The position numbers were made by a program, and so were the translations under genes. A DNA stretch of 64,000 bases, taken from NCBI GenBank assembly GCA_964483665.1, contig CAZACP010000003.1, positions 29,692 through 93,691 on the forward strand. The letters are read 5' to 3'. A model generated the notes under the pieces. That model searched no databases. It saw nothing but the letters and a program-made list of their open reading frames with translations, and was not told the origin of the DNA. Of this stretch, positions 8,859-16,446 are shown in pieces. The stretch is from an uncultured Candidatus Saccharibacteria bacterium (GTDB lineage: Bacteria; Patescibacteriota; Doudnabacteria; UBA920). Numbering within the stretch: the first letter of the stretch is position 1; every line of letters begins with the position of its first letter.

Positions 8859-10361
8859 TTAATCGTTAATTGTTAAGAGTATTAAGCCTTTCCGTATTTG
8901 CTCTTTTGTTTCTTTCGGTACCTTAGAGTTTGCCGCTAATTCTGCCAGTACTATATCATTTTCTTGGCCAACAAGCAATTTTCCTTCCCCATTTTTTAGC
9001 CCAATCGGCAACAAAAATATTTCTACTGAATTGCCTCTTACCACAAACCCAACCGCTAAACTTTGAGTATTTTCTTTGATGCTATTTTGGGTTAATAACT
9101 CACCCAAACTGTTTATAACAATTTTTCCTTTATACTGCTCAAGATTAATGTGTTTACCGTTGCTTATGGCTATAACAGCTCCATTATCTATTTGTTTACG
9201 CGCTCCTTCTAAAGTTGGGCTAAAACCTATTTTTATATTGCCCAAGGCTAGCAGTTCTTCTGTATAAACGGGATGATTGATACTGAATCTATTCAGCAAA
9301 TTTTCCAAATTCTTATCCGGCTTATTTACAAACGCGGTGGTTATTTCTTGCCCGTAAAACAGTCTTTCTAAAAATTCTATGGAAAAATTAGGACTTTTTC
9401 TGTTTAGCGCCCTTATGGTTGTAGTCGAATATTCAATTTGACCCAAAGCTAACAAACTATAGACCGGCTCTGGTTTTGCTTTACCTTTGGTAAAATATCC
9501 GGTTATATAGCTGGTAGTTTCTAAAGTGTCCGGCATTTGTGCCAATTTGGCGGAATTATTTTGCCTAAGCAAATTAAATTTTTCAAAACCTTGGTTTGAA
9601 AGCAGTTTTAAAAACAAGGCTAAACCCGGCCGACTGTCTATATCTAGCCGGCTTATTTGGTTAAAATCAAAATTCTCCATTGCCGCAAGGCTAACTTCGT
9701 CGTGAAAATCCGCTGGCAAAGACGGCAAATAATGCGAAAAGTCAAACGATCCGACAATAATCGCATTTTGTGGCAAAGCGCGTATAATATTGTCTGCCAA
9801 TTCTTTTGCCTGGCTAATGTCTACTCTGTCTTTAACTACTATTGGCACGACTTTTGCATTCGGCAAGCTTTTTTTTATAAATGCCACAATTCCGCTAACC
9901 CCGTGTTCCTGTTCAAAAGGCTGCTCTTCTATGCTTGCAATTTTTTGCTTAGCTAAATTATTTATTAATACCTTATCCGGCTTTAATTCCCCGAAAGGCG
10001 TTTTCCATATCGCGGCCGATGCTAATACGTTATTTCGCCCCATAGAAAAATGGTTTGGACTTATTAACAAAACCGTTACCGGCTCAGTCGTTGCAATAGT
10101 GTTAAAGCCTTCGGCAATATATTGTCCGGCCAGCAAATGGTGGTTAATAACTAATCCGCCTATTTCTCCGATTCCTCCGCTTTTAAACAGAGGATCAAGG
10201 AGTTTAATTTTACTTGCCTCTAAGTAAGCCTGCTCATAAAATTCCGGCTGGCTAAAATAGGAATAGTGGTACACTTTTTCATAACTTGTATTTTTCTTGT
10301 TTAAAAACAAGCCAATAAAAAAAATTACCAAAACAAAAAATATAATGGTAATTTTTCTCAT
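8859..10361 (-). CDS. Memo1/AmmeMemoRadiSam-B-like (class III extradiol dioxygenase superfamily) domain protein with signal anchor and extra C-terminal region
   Basis: Motifs LVINHHLLAGQYIAEGF, VLLISPNHF and IVGSFDFSHYLP parallel Memo1 PHAGYxYxG, GPSHH and SSDFCHWG; judged by eye only. Confidence 0.45.
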   Translation of the reverse strand: MRKITIIFFVLVIFFIGLFLNKKNTSYEKVYHYSYFSQPEFYEQAYLEASKIKLLDPLFKSGGIGEIGGLVINHHLLAGQYIAEGFNTIATTEPVTVLLISPNHFSMGRNNVLASAAIWKTPFGELKPDKVLINNLAKQKIASIEEQPFEQEHGVSGIVAFIKKSLPNAKVVPIVVKDRVDISQAKELADNIIRALPQNAIIVGSFDFSHYLPSLPADFHDEVSLAAMENFDFNQISRLDIDSRPGLALFLKLLSNQGFEKFNLLRQNNSAKLAQMPDTLETTSYITGYFTKGKAKPEPVYSLLALGQIEYSTTTIRALNRKSPNFSIEFLERLFYGQEITTAFVNKPDKNLENLLNRFSINHPVYTEELLALGNIKIGFSPTLEGARKQIDNGAVIAISNGKHINLEQYKGKIVINSLGELLTQNSIKENTQSLAVGFVVRGNSVEIFLLPIGLKNGEGKLLVGQENDIVLAELAANSKVPKETKEQIRKGLILLTIND

Positions 10362-10367
10362 AGAGAA

Positions 10368-10730
10368 CTAATTTTTAGTAAAATTTCTTAAAAATGTTTT
10401 CAGTCTTCCTTGGCCTACTGAGCTATTGCTTTTCATTTGCTTCATAATTTCTTCTAAAGCACTTTTCTGCTCTGCGTAAACACCCAAAGCAGTTGAAGTT
10501 AATTGTTGTTTACTTGAAGAATTAAGATCTTCGTTAAGCGATCTAATCAAACCACTTAATTCCGCTATGCTACTTGAACTATCTTTTAAGATTTTTGGAT
10601 TTTGAATAATTTTTTTAATTCTCTCGTTTCGCGCTGCTATTCTAACATTTTCATGGGCATTTTCTCCCTCAGGCGCGGTTGGGTTGTGAAATTCTACGGG
10701 GTCATAAAGTCTGCCTTTTTGTCTATCCAT
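10368..10730 (-). CDS. Hypothetical protein
   Basis: 120 aa ORF, co-oriented, 5-nt gap to the downstream gene. Confidence 0.45.
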   Translation of the reverse strand: MDRQKGRLYDPVEFHNPTAPEGENAHENVRIAARNERIKKIIQNPKILKDSSSSIAELSGLIRSLNEDLNSSSKQQLTSTALGVYAEQKSALEEIMKQMKSNSSVGQGRLKTFLRNFTKN

Positions 10731-10735
10731 AAATT

Positions 10736-11074
10736 TTATTTTAATTCTGCTTTAAGCCAATTATAAAAATTCTTTTCCACGTTTTCCATTTCCCACTGGC
10801 CAATGAAAGGTATTTTGTCTGAATGAAGTTCTTTAACTAATTTGAGGATTTTCAAATAATGTTTAGGCAAGGTTTCTAAAGTAAGCAAAGGCCCGTGCGA
10901 TGTTTGTAGTTTGTTTGACTTGGGCGGCCAAAAATAAACGCTTTTTATTCTGGGTATTATGCCATAGCAAGCGCAAAGGCGATTCTTGAGTACTGCGCGG
11001 CCGATTTTTTCCGCTTCCTTAGAACTATTCGTATTTACCACCACCCAAACAATCTCATTTATTGACATAAACAA
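10736..11074 (-). CDS. cutA: Divalent-cation tolerance protein CutA
   Basis: ...VVNTNSSKEAEKIGRAVLKNRLCACYGIIPRIKSVYFWPP...LLTLETLPKHYLKILKLVKELHSDKIPFIGQWEMENVEKNFYNWLKAEL matches the CutA1 fold consensus. Confidence 0.75.
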   Translation of the reverse strand: MFMSINEIVWVVVNTNSSKEAEKIGRAVLKNRLCACYGIIPRIKSVYFWPPKSNKLQTSHGPLLTLETLPKHYLKILKLVKELHSDKIPFIGQWEMENVEKNFYNWLKAELK

Positions 11075-11130
11075 AAAAAGTAATTGGGATGAAAAAATTC
11101 ATAAAAATTTTAAATTGCATTCAATATTTT

Positions 11131-11198
11131 TGTCATTTCCGTCGTTTTTTGCTTGCCCGCCATAGCCTTGCGCGAAGGCTGGGTCATTTTTGTTCAAT
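11131..11198. repeat. Copy 1 of a ~70-bp repeat encoding the tail peptide (L)NKNDPAFAQGYGGQAKNDGNDKN, out of frame (+1) with the 3' end of yjbQ
   Basis: About 75% identical to 11606-11673; on the minus strand a TTG-initiated small frame overlaps the yjbQ stop. Confidence 0.7.
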
Positions 11199-11588
11199 TA
11201 TTGTAACTACTATTTCTCTTTGTTTGGGACCGTCAAAATCAAAAAACAAAACTCTTTGCCAAGTACCTAAATCGAGAGTGCCTTTTACTACGGGCACAAG
11301 CGTCCCAGGACCTATGCCGGCCGAAAGCACGTGGTCAGGCATATGGGAAGGGTCGTGCGGATGACGGTAATTTAACTTGGGCACAATTTTTTCAAAAGCT
11401 TCCAAGTAGTCTAAGTCAGTGCCTCCGGAGTCCAAATCCGCAACGCTAATCGCAGTAGTTGTGTGCTTGGAAAAAATATGACAAAGACCGGTAGTCGCAC
11501 CCAAACTTTCCAAATGCTCATTTACTAACTCCGTAATGTCCAATACCTGTTTATGCTTTTGTGACTGAATTTTTAACAACTTGGACAT
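11184..11588 (-). CDS. yjbQ: YjbQ/UPF0047 family protein (secondary thiamine-phosphate synthase-like)
   Basis: HTTTAISVADLDSGGTDLDYLEAFEKIVP...HMPDHVLSAGIGPGTLVPVVKGTLDLGTWQRVLFFDFDGPKQREIVV matches the YjbQ consensus (HTTAA..NE, LGTWQ). Confidence 0.85.
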   Translation of the reverse strand: MSKLLKIQSQKHKQVLDITELVNEHLESLGATTGLCHIFSKHTTTAISVADLDSGGTDLDYLEAFEKIVPKLNYRHPHDPSHMPDHVLSAGIGPGTLVPVVKGTLDLGTWQRVLFFDFDGPKQREIVVTIIEQK

Positions 11589-11591
11589 ACA

Positions 11592-11918
11592 TTATTCGGG
11601 GTTATTTTTTTCATTTTCGTCGTTTTTGACTTGACCGCCGTAGCCTTTCTGAGAGACTAGGTCATTTTTGTTCATTTCTATTACTTCCACATTTCCTACC
11701 CTTGCTCCTTCCGGTCCTTGTTTGGCCCAATTTACAAATTTTTCTAAAGCTTCGTCTTCACCCGAAACTTCTATTTCCACTCCTTCTTTGGTATTTTCCG
11801 CCTTGCCGGTTAAACCTAAATCCACCATTTGCAAATGCGATTCAAACCTAAAACCAACCCCCCAAACTCTCGGTCCTGAAATTTTAACCAACAATGTTTT
11901 AGTCATTTTAATTTCCAA
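11592..11918 (-). CDS. acyP: Acylphosphatase with 27-aa C-terminal tail (MNKNDLVSQKGYGGQVKNDENEKNNPE) encoded by repeat copy 2
   Basis: VKISGPRVWGVGFRFESHLQMVDLGLTGKAENTKEGVEIEVSGEDEALEKFVNWAKQGPEGARVGNVEV is the acylphosphatase signature (V.G.VQGV.FR, G.V.N..DG.V); the tail begins with an internal ATG. Confidence 0.8.
   Translation of the reverse strand: MEIKMTKTLLVKISGPRVWGVGFRFESHLQMVDLGLTGKAENTKEGVEIEVSGEDEALEKFVNWAKQGPEGARVGNVEVIEMNKNDLVSQKGYGGQVKNDENEKNNPE
11606..11673. repeat. Copy 2 of the ~70-bp tail-peptide repeat (in frame with acyP)
   Basis: Aligned by eye to 11131-11198. Confidence 0.7.
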
Positions 11919-11978
11919 ATATCAATTAATTTCTTAATTTCATGCTCTAAATCCTAATATCTTTAATATCTTATTCCC

Positions 11979-12428
11979 TCACATTTTTCCTATATCTTTC
12001 AAAACTTCTTCCGCGTGTCCTTTTGGTTCCACCTTCTCATATATTTTAGCAATTCTGCCTTCCTGGTCAATTAAAAATGAAGTTCTGGCATTCTTTCCCA
12101 TAAAACCTTCCCCGCTTACCCCGTAACTTTCTGAAACGCTTCCGTCTTCGTCGGAAAGTAAAGTAAAAGGCAAACCGTATTTTTGCGCAAATTGCTTATG
12201 ACTTTCCGTAGTGTCTGTACTTATGCCAAAAACTTCTGCGCCAATGTTCTGAAATTTAGGCAGATTGTCTCTTATTCCGCAGGCTTCCAAAGTACAGCCC
12301 GGAGTGTCGTCTTCTGGGTAAAAATACACTAAAACCCACTCGCCTAAAGAATCTTCCAGGCTATGAATACTATTATCCTGGTCAGGAAGGCTAAATAGCG
12401 GCGCCATTTGTCCTACTTGCAATTTCAT
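11979..12428 (-). CDS. bcp: Peroxiredoxin Bcp (thiol peroxidase, AhpC/TSA family)
   Basis: MKLQVGQMAPLFSLPDQ...VLVYFYPEDDTPGCTLEACGIRDN...; the FYPxDDTPGCT active site is diagnostic. The ORF track extends the start to 12527, but the internal Met with the conserved N-terminus is preferred. Confidence 0.85.
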   Translation of the reverse strand: MKLQVGQMAPLFSLPDQDNSIHSLEDSLGEWVLVYFYPEDDTPGCTLEACGIRDNLPKFQNIGAEVFGISTDTTESHKQFAQKYGLPFTLLSDEDGSVSESYGVSGEGFMGKNARTSFLIDQEGRIAKIYEKVEPKGHAEEVLKDIGKM

Positions 12429-12429
12429 A

Positions 12430-12618
12430 TTACATTTTTCTTCTAATTTTAAATTCCAAAGCCTGCTGGCTGCCTTTTTTGCTTTTGGTAATACTAATTT
12501 TTTCGCCCAAAGCCTCCATTTCCACACTGTCGCCTACCCTTAAACCCGCTTTGTCTAATAAGCTTTTAGACAAAGCCACTACCAAGCTATTGCCGGTTTT
12601 AAATATTTTCCTCTGCAT
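12430..12618 (-). CDS. AbrB/MazE/SpoVT-family DNA-binding protein (antitoxin-like), no cognate toxin adjacent
   Basis: MQRKIFKTGNSLVVALSKSLLDKAGLRVGDSVEMEALGEKISI: swapped-hairpin (AbrB) signature K.G.S..V.LPK...........GD.V. Confidence 0.6.
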   Translation of the reverse strand: MQRKIFKTGNSLVVALSKSLLDKAGLRVGDSVEMEALGEKISITKSKKGSQQALEFKIRRKM

Positions 12619-12723
12619 TACTACATTATAGACAAAAAATGCAAATTGACCAATTGACTAATTTTTGATAGATTTGTAAGCACAAAAGCCTTATAAAGGC
12701 TAAAAGAAAGAGGGACGCATGTT

Positions 12724-13413
12724 ATGATTACCCGCATACTGTTTGCCGTTCTTCTGTTGGCTTTTTCCCCAGCGCTCGTCGCCCAGGGGCAAACACTCAC
12801 ACCGGAAAAGATGCTCGAGCTGTTTGAACAGGACTCGGAGGTACGTTCGGTATTCTTTAAGGTCCTAGAGAACCACCCCGACCAACTCCGCGGAGTGGCA
12901 ATTCGGAACGCCATTTACGATGGCAACATCGGGCTCGAGTTCGACTGGTCTGTGGGCGTGTTCTCTGTTAACTTGCGAAAGCAAGGAACGAAGTTCGTAC
13001 CTTCAATGGTTTTTAACCCGAACTTCTTCTTGAAGTTCCGGGTGATAGACAAACACGACCCGGGCAACCCTACCGCCGAACGCCGCTTCAAACTGCTGGT
13101 TGTGGAAGGGGCTATGGCTCAGATTGAAGACCACTGGGAGCAAAAAAACCCTCTTCTTTTTCCTGGGGAGGAAGGGCTTCCAGCCGAACGAGCCTTTTTC
13201 CTTTGGAAGGCGGAATTCGCGGCAACCAGTCGTCAAGTTAAACTCGCCCGCGAGTGGCAAATTTTGCCACTCATGGACCACGAGCTTCTAAAGTTGGTTG
13301 ATCGTGACGGAATCGAGGAAGGTGTTAAAACCTGGATGATTCGGGTCGCTGACAAGCGGCCGGACACCAGGTGGCTCATTCCGTTCTGGGAGAGACTTGC
13401 CGCCCAGAAATGA
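12724..13413 (+). CDS. Secreted hypothetical protein (signal peptide), in a GC-rich island
   Basis: MITRILFAVLLLAFSPALVAQGQ signal peptide; local GC is far above the surrounding sequence; an intrinsic terminator follows. Confidence 0.55.
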   Translation: MITRILFAVLLLAFSPALVAQGQTLTPEKMLELFEQDSEVRSVFFKVLENHPDQLRGVAIRNAIYDGNIGLEFDWSVGVFSVNLRKQGTKFVPSMVFNPNFFLKFRVIDKHDPGNPTAERRFKLLVVEGAMAQIEDHWEQKNPLLFPGEEGLPAERAFFLWKAEFAATSRQVKLAREWQILPLMDHELLKLVDRDGIEEGVKTWMIRVADKRPDTRWLIPFWERLAAQK

Positions 13414-13455
13414 TCTCTGTCTTTCTTCCAAAACCAAGGGCGCCAGCCGCCCCGT

Positions 13456-13510
13456 ACAAGACCCCCGCTGTTCCCAGCAGCGCGCGACAAGGGTCTGTTT
13501 TTTTTTGACA
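13456..13510 (+). terminator. Rho-independent terminator (GC hairpin plus T10)
   Basis: caagacccccgctgttcccagcagcgcgcgacaagggtctgtttttttttt. Confidence 0.7.
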
Positions 13511-13870
13511 TTGTTCAATAAAATGTGTAATGTACATCCAACTAACCGAAAACCAACTTCCACACTTCCCTCTCGGGAAGCTGGATTCGGGTAATCGGAC
13601 GCAAGTACGGGACTGTTGATCTTTTAGCTGCCTGACACGTGCCTCCATTGTCAGGACAACAGTCCCGAACATCCAATCCAGGAGGATTTATAAATAAAGT
13701 AAGTTGGGGATTAAAAAACCCTTCTTCTAAAAAATCCGTAGGATCGCGCATCCCCATCAGGCTGGATGCGTTTTTGTTTAAAAAAATTGTCACTTTATTT
13801 TTTTAAACTACTACTAATTTAAATTAGATTATAAATAAATTACACATTATAATGTCTGTTAAATCAGTAA

Positions 13871-14350
13871 TTATATTTTTTCCTTGCCTTCTATTAAACT
13901 TTCAATTTTTTTAATATATTCTTCCGGCAAACGGTTTTCGTAGGCCGCGGCAATAACCCGCCTAAAATACTCCTGCCTATACTGCATTCCCCCGCAGTTA
14001 CCCACGGGTTCAATATAAACCTGGGCTTTATATTTTATGTTATGGTCGTCAAAAACCGTAACTTCTTTTCGGTCAAACACAGTCGGATAACCTTCAAAAT
14101 CGTCGAGCATACCAAGGCCGTCTTCGTCCACGCTGTAAAGTATGCCAAAAATCTCAGCATTTTCTTGCGGGTCAATATTTAAAAAGCCCCGTTTGTCCAA
14201 ACAGTTACCATAGCCGCTAAGCCGCGCCCGACCCAAAAACTGGCAATGCCAGCCGCAAATGCGGCGCATATGTTCCAGGCTCATATTGCTGCCGTAGGCA
14301 AAGTAATACATAAAGAAAGTATAAAGTATTAAGTATAATGTATCAAGCAA
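13871..14350 (-). CDS. Gamma-glutamylcyclotransferase (AIG2/GGCT-like) family protein
   Basis: YYFAYGSNM motif (hallmark YFAYGSNL); the start is probably the internal Met at about 14311. Confidence 0.8.
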   Translation of the reverse strand: MLDTLYLILYTFFMYYFAYGSNMSLEHMRRICGWHCQFLGRARLSGYGNCLDKRGFLNIDPQENAEIFGILYSVDEDGLGMLDDFEGYPTVFDRKEVTVFDDHNIKYKAQVYIEPVGNCGGMQYRQEYFRRVIAAAYENRLPEEYIKKIESLIEGKEKI

Positions 14351-14404
14351 AAAATTATAAGGTATTCAGCCTTATACTTAATACATAATACCTTATACCT
14401 GCGA

Positions 14405-16201
14405 CTAGCTGGTCTTTATGTGTTTCATAGCAAAATCCCAGCTGCCGCCGACTTTTTTGCCCGGGTTAAAAATGTTTTGGGGGTCAAAAATATTTTTTGT
14501 TTTTTCAAATAGCTTGATCATTTCTTCGCCGAACTGCTGCTTTAAAAAGGGAGTGCGGATTATGCCGTCGTTATGCTCCGCGGTTATACTGCCTTTGTAT
14601 TCCGCAACCAGATCGTAAACTTCCTTGGCAAGTTTGGGAATAATTTCCCGCTGGTCCTGTTTGGTTAAGTCCATTAAAGGGATAATGTGAAAATTCGCGT
14701 CGCCCGCATGCCCGGCAATGGTATAAATTAAAGACGGATATTTTTTAAAAATAGTATCAAGCTTCGGCAAAAAATCGGGCAAGTCTAGCGGGTGAACCAC
14801 AATGTCGTCTACAAACGGCGCAGTGGAAAGTCCGCTTGAATGCTGCCTTAGCAGGCTAAAACTTTCTCGGCGTATAGTCCAGTATTTTTCAGCCTCGGAA
14901 GCGCTTTTAGTAATATGAGTTTTAACCCTAAACTCTTTTTCTATTTGCTCCTGGCAATGACTTGCCAAAAGCAGAACCTCTGCTTCGTCTTCACCCGTAA
15001 ATTCGGCAATAACTACTAATTTAGGAATTCCGCCCGTAATAGTCAGCCAAACCTCGGGCAAAAATGAAAATCCTAACTTTATCATATTACCCATTCCGCC
15101 AAAGGCGGATCCCGCGTCGCGGGACATTTTTTTTATCATTTCCGGTAAAAAACGCATGGCCAGGCTAAAGGTATGGTCGTCATAGCTTTCCAAAGTTTCA
15201 GGCTTAAACTCTAAAACTTTTGTTACCAACTTGCCCAAAATTTTCAGGTCTTTCAAAAATATTGCCAGCATCCTTGACTCCTGTCTTGGGGTTATAAGCT
15301 TAAATTTTATTTTGGTAACTAAAGCTAAGGTACCCTGGCTGCCTACAATTAATTTTTGCAGGTTAAATATTTTTTTCTTTTGATCCCAGAGCTCCCATAA
15401 ATACAATCCCGCGGAATTTTTTGTGGTGTCAGGCCTTGCTTTGGCAATTACTTGCCTGTTGTCGTTTATAATTTGAAAAACTTCCCTGTATATTTTGCCT
15501 TCCAGCGTAGTTAGCTTCATTTTAGCTTCAAGTTCTGCTTCAGTTAAAGACTTTACTGTAATTACCGAGCCGTCGGAAAGTACGCACTCTATTTCTTCCA
15601 CCCAGTCTTTGGTTTGCCCGAATTGCAAAGTTTTTTCGCCCGCTGAATTGTTGCCCACCATCCCGCCAACTGTATTAAGCAGTTTAGACGCGGTATAACA
15701 AGGCAAAAGCAAATTTTTTGTTAAACTAGATCTTTCAAAATCCCTATAAAACACCCCGGGCTCAACCTCGGCAGAACCTTCGGTCTGAACAAGGCTGCCT
15801 CGAATGTTTACGTTTGCTTTTTTGTTTTCAATTTTGCCGATTTTGTTAAAATATTTTGTAAAGTCGGCAATTATAGATTCGTTCAAAGGCCCGCCGGACA
15901 TATCTGTTCCCGCAGAACGCGCTGTGATTGAAATTTTAGGGTTTAGCTTTTTTTTCTCTCCTACGTATTTTACTAAGGCTTGTAAGTCCGCGGTATTTTT
16001 AGGAAATACCACTACTTCCGGTTTTACGTCAAAAATACTGGCGTCACGACTGTACTTTTTTAACGTTTCTTCACTGCTGTCAACTTCCCCTTGTATTTGA
16101 TTTTTGATTTCATTTATATCTAGCATTGTTTTAGTTATTATACCATTAAATTTGGTAATACCAAAAAACGGATCATACATAATACCTGCGGAGTAAAACA
16201 A
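14405..16201 (-). CDS. FAD-linked oxidase (GlcD/D-lactate dehydrogenase-like, PCMH-type FAD-binding)
   Basis: N-terminal FAD-binding region ...VVVFPKNTADLQALVKYV...ITARSAGTDMSGG and the C-terminal FDPQNIFNPGKK motif typical of FAD-linked oxidases; the likely start is the internal MLDINEIKN at about 16126. Confidence 0.75.
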   Translation of the reverse strand: MFYSAGIMYDPFFGITKFNGIITKTMLDINEIKNQIQGEVDSSEETLKKYSRDASIFDVKPEVVVFPKNTADLQALVKYVGEKKKLNPKISITARSAGTDMSGGPLNESIIADFTKYFNKIGKIENKKANVNIRGSLVQTEGSAEVEPGVFYRDFERSSLTKNLLLPCYTASKLLNTVGGMVGNNSAGEKTLQFGQTKDWVEEIECVLSDGSVITVKSLTEAELEAKMKLTTLEGKIYREVFQIINDNRQVIAKARPDTTKNSAGLYLWELWDQKKKIFNLQKLIVGSQGTLALVTKIKFKLITPRQESRMLAIFLKDLKILGKLVTKVLEFKPETLESYDDHTFSLAMRFLPEMIKKMSRDAGSAFGGMGNMIKLGFSFLPEVWLTITGGIPKLVVIAEFTGEDEAEVLLLASHCQEQIEKEFRVKTHITKSASEAEKYWTIRRESFSLLRQHSSGLSTAPFVDDIVVHPLDLPDFLPKLDTIFKKYPSLIYTIAGHAGDANFHIIPLMDLTKQDQREIIPKLAKEVYDLVAEYKGSITAEHNDGIIRTPFLKQQFGEEMIKLFEKTKNIFDPQNIFNPGKKVGGSWDFAMKHIKTS

Positions 16202-16215
16202 GCTATATTAGCCAC

Positions 16216-16322
16216 TGTCATTCCGGAAGCCCGGAGTGCATCCGACGGGCTATCCGGAATCCAGTCCATACTAAGCCGGGTTCTGGATCCCGGCTCTCGG
16301 CCGCGCTCGGCCGGGATGACAC
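16216..16322. repeat. GC-rich palindromic element, long form (two hairpins bounded by GTCATTCC...GGGATGAC terminal inverted repeats), MITE-like family copy 1
   Basis: tgtcattccggaagcccgg...tccggaatccag / ggatcccggctctcggccgcgctcggccgggatgacac; related copies at 49262, 53876 and 63918. Confidence 0.7.
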
Positions 16323-16446
16323 TTATAGACCAGATAAATCTGGCACTGTGAACTTGCTTTACAAAGATTATTTATAACCTAAAAAACCTCCTGCGAAAGC
16401 AAAGAGGTTTTTTAATATCCAATTTCGAATTTTTCAATATCTATAA

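Noticed and set aside
12621-13672. Multiple overlapping ORFs on both strands in the GC-rich 12.6-13.7 kb segment
   Set aside because: High GC removes stop codons in all frames. Only the plus-strand 12724-13413 ORF has a Shine-Dalgarno site, a signal peptide and a downstream terminator.
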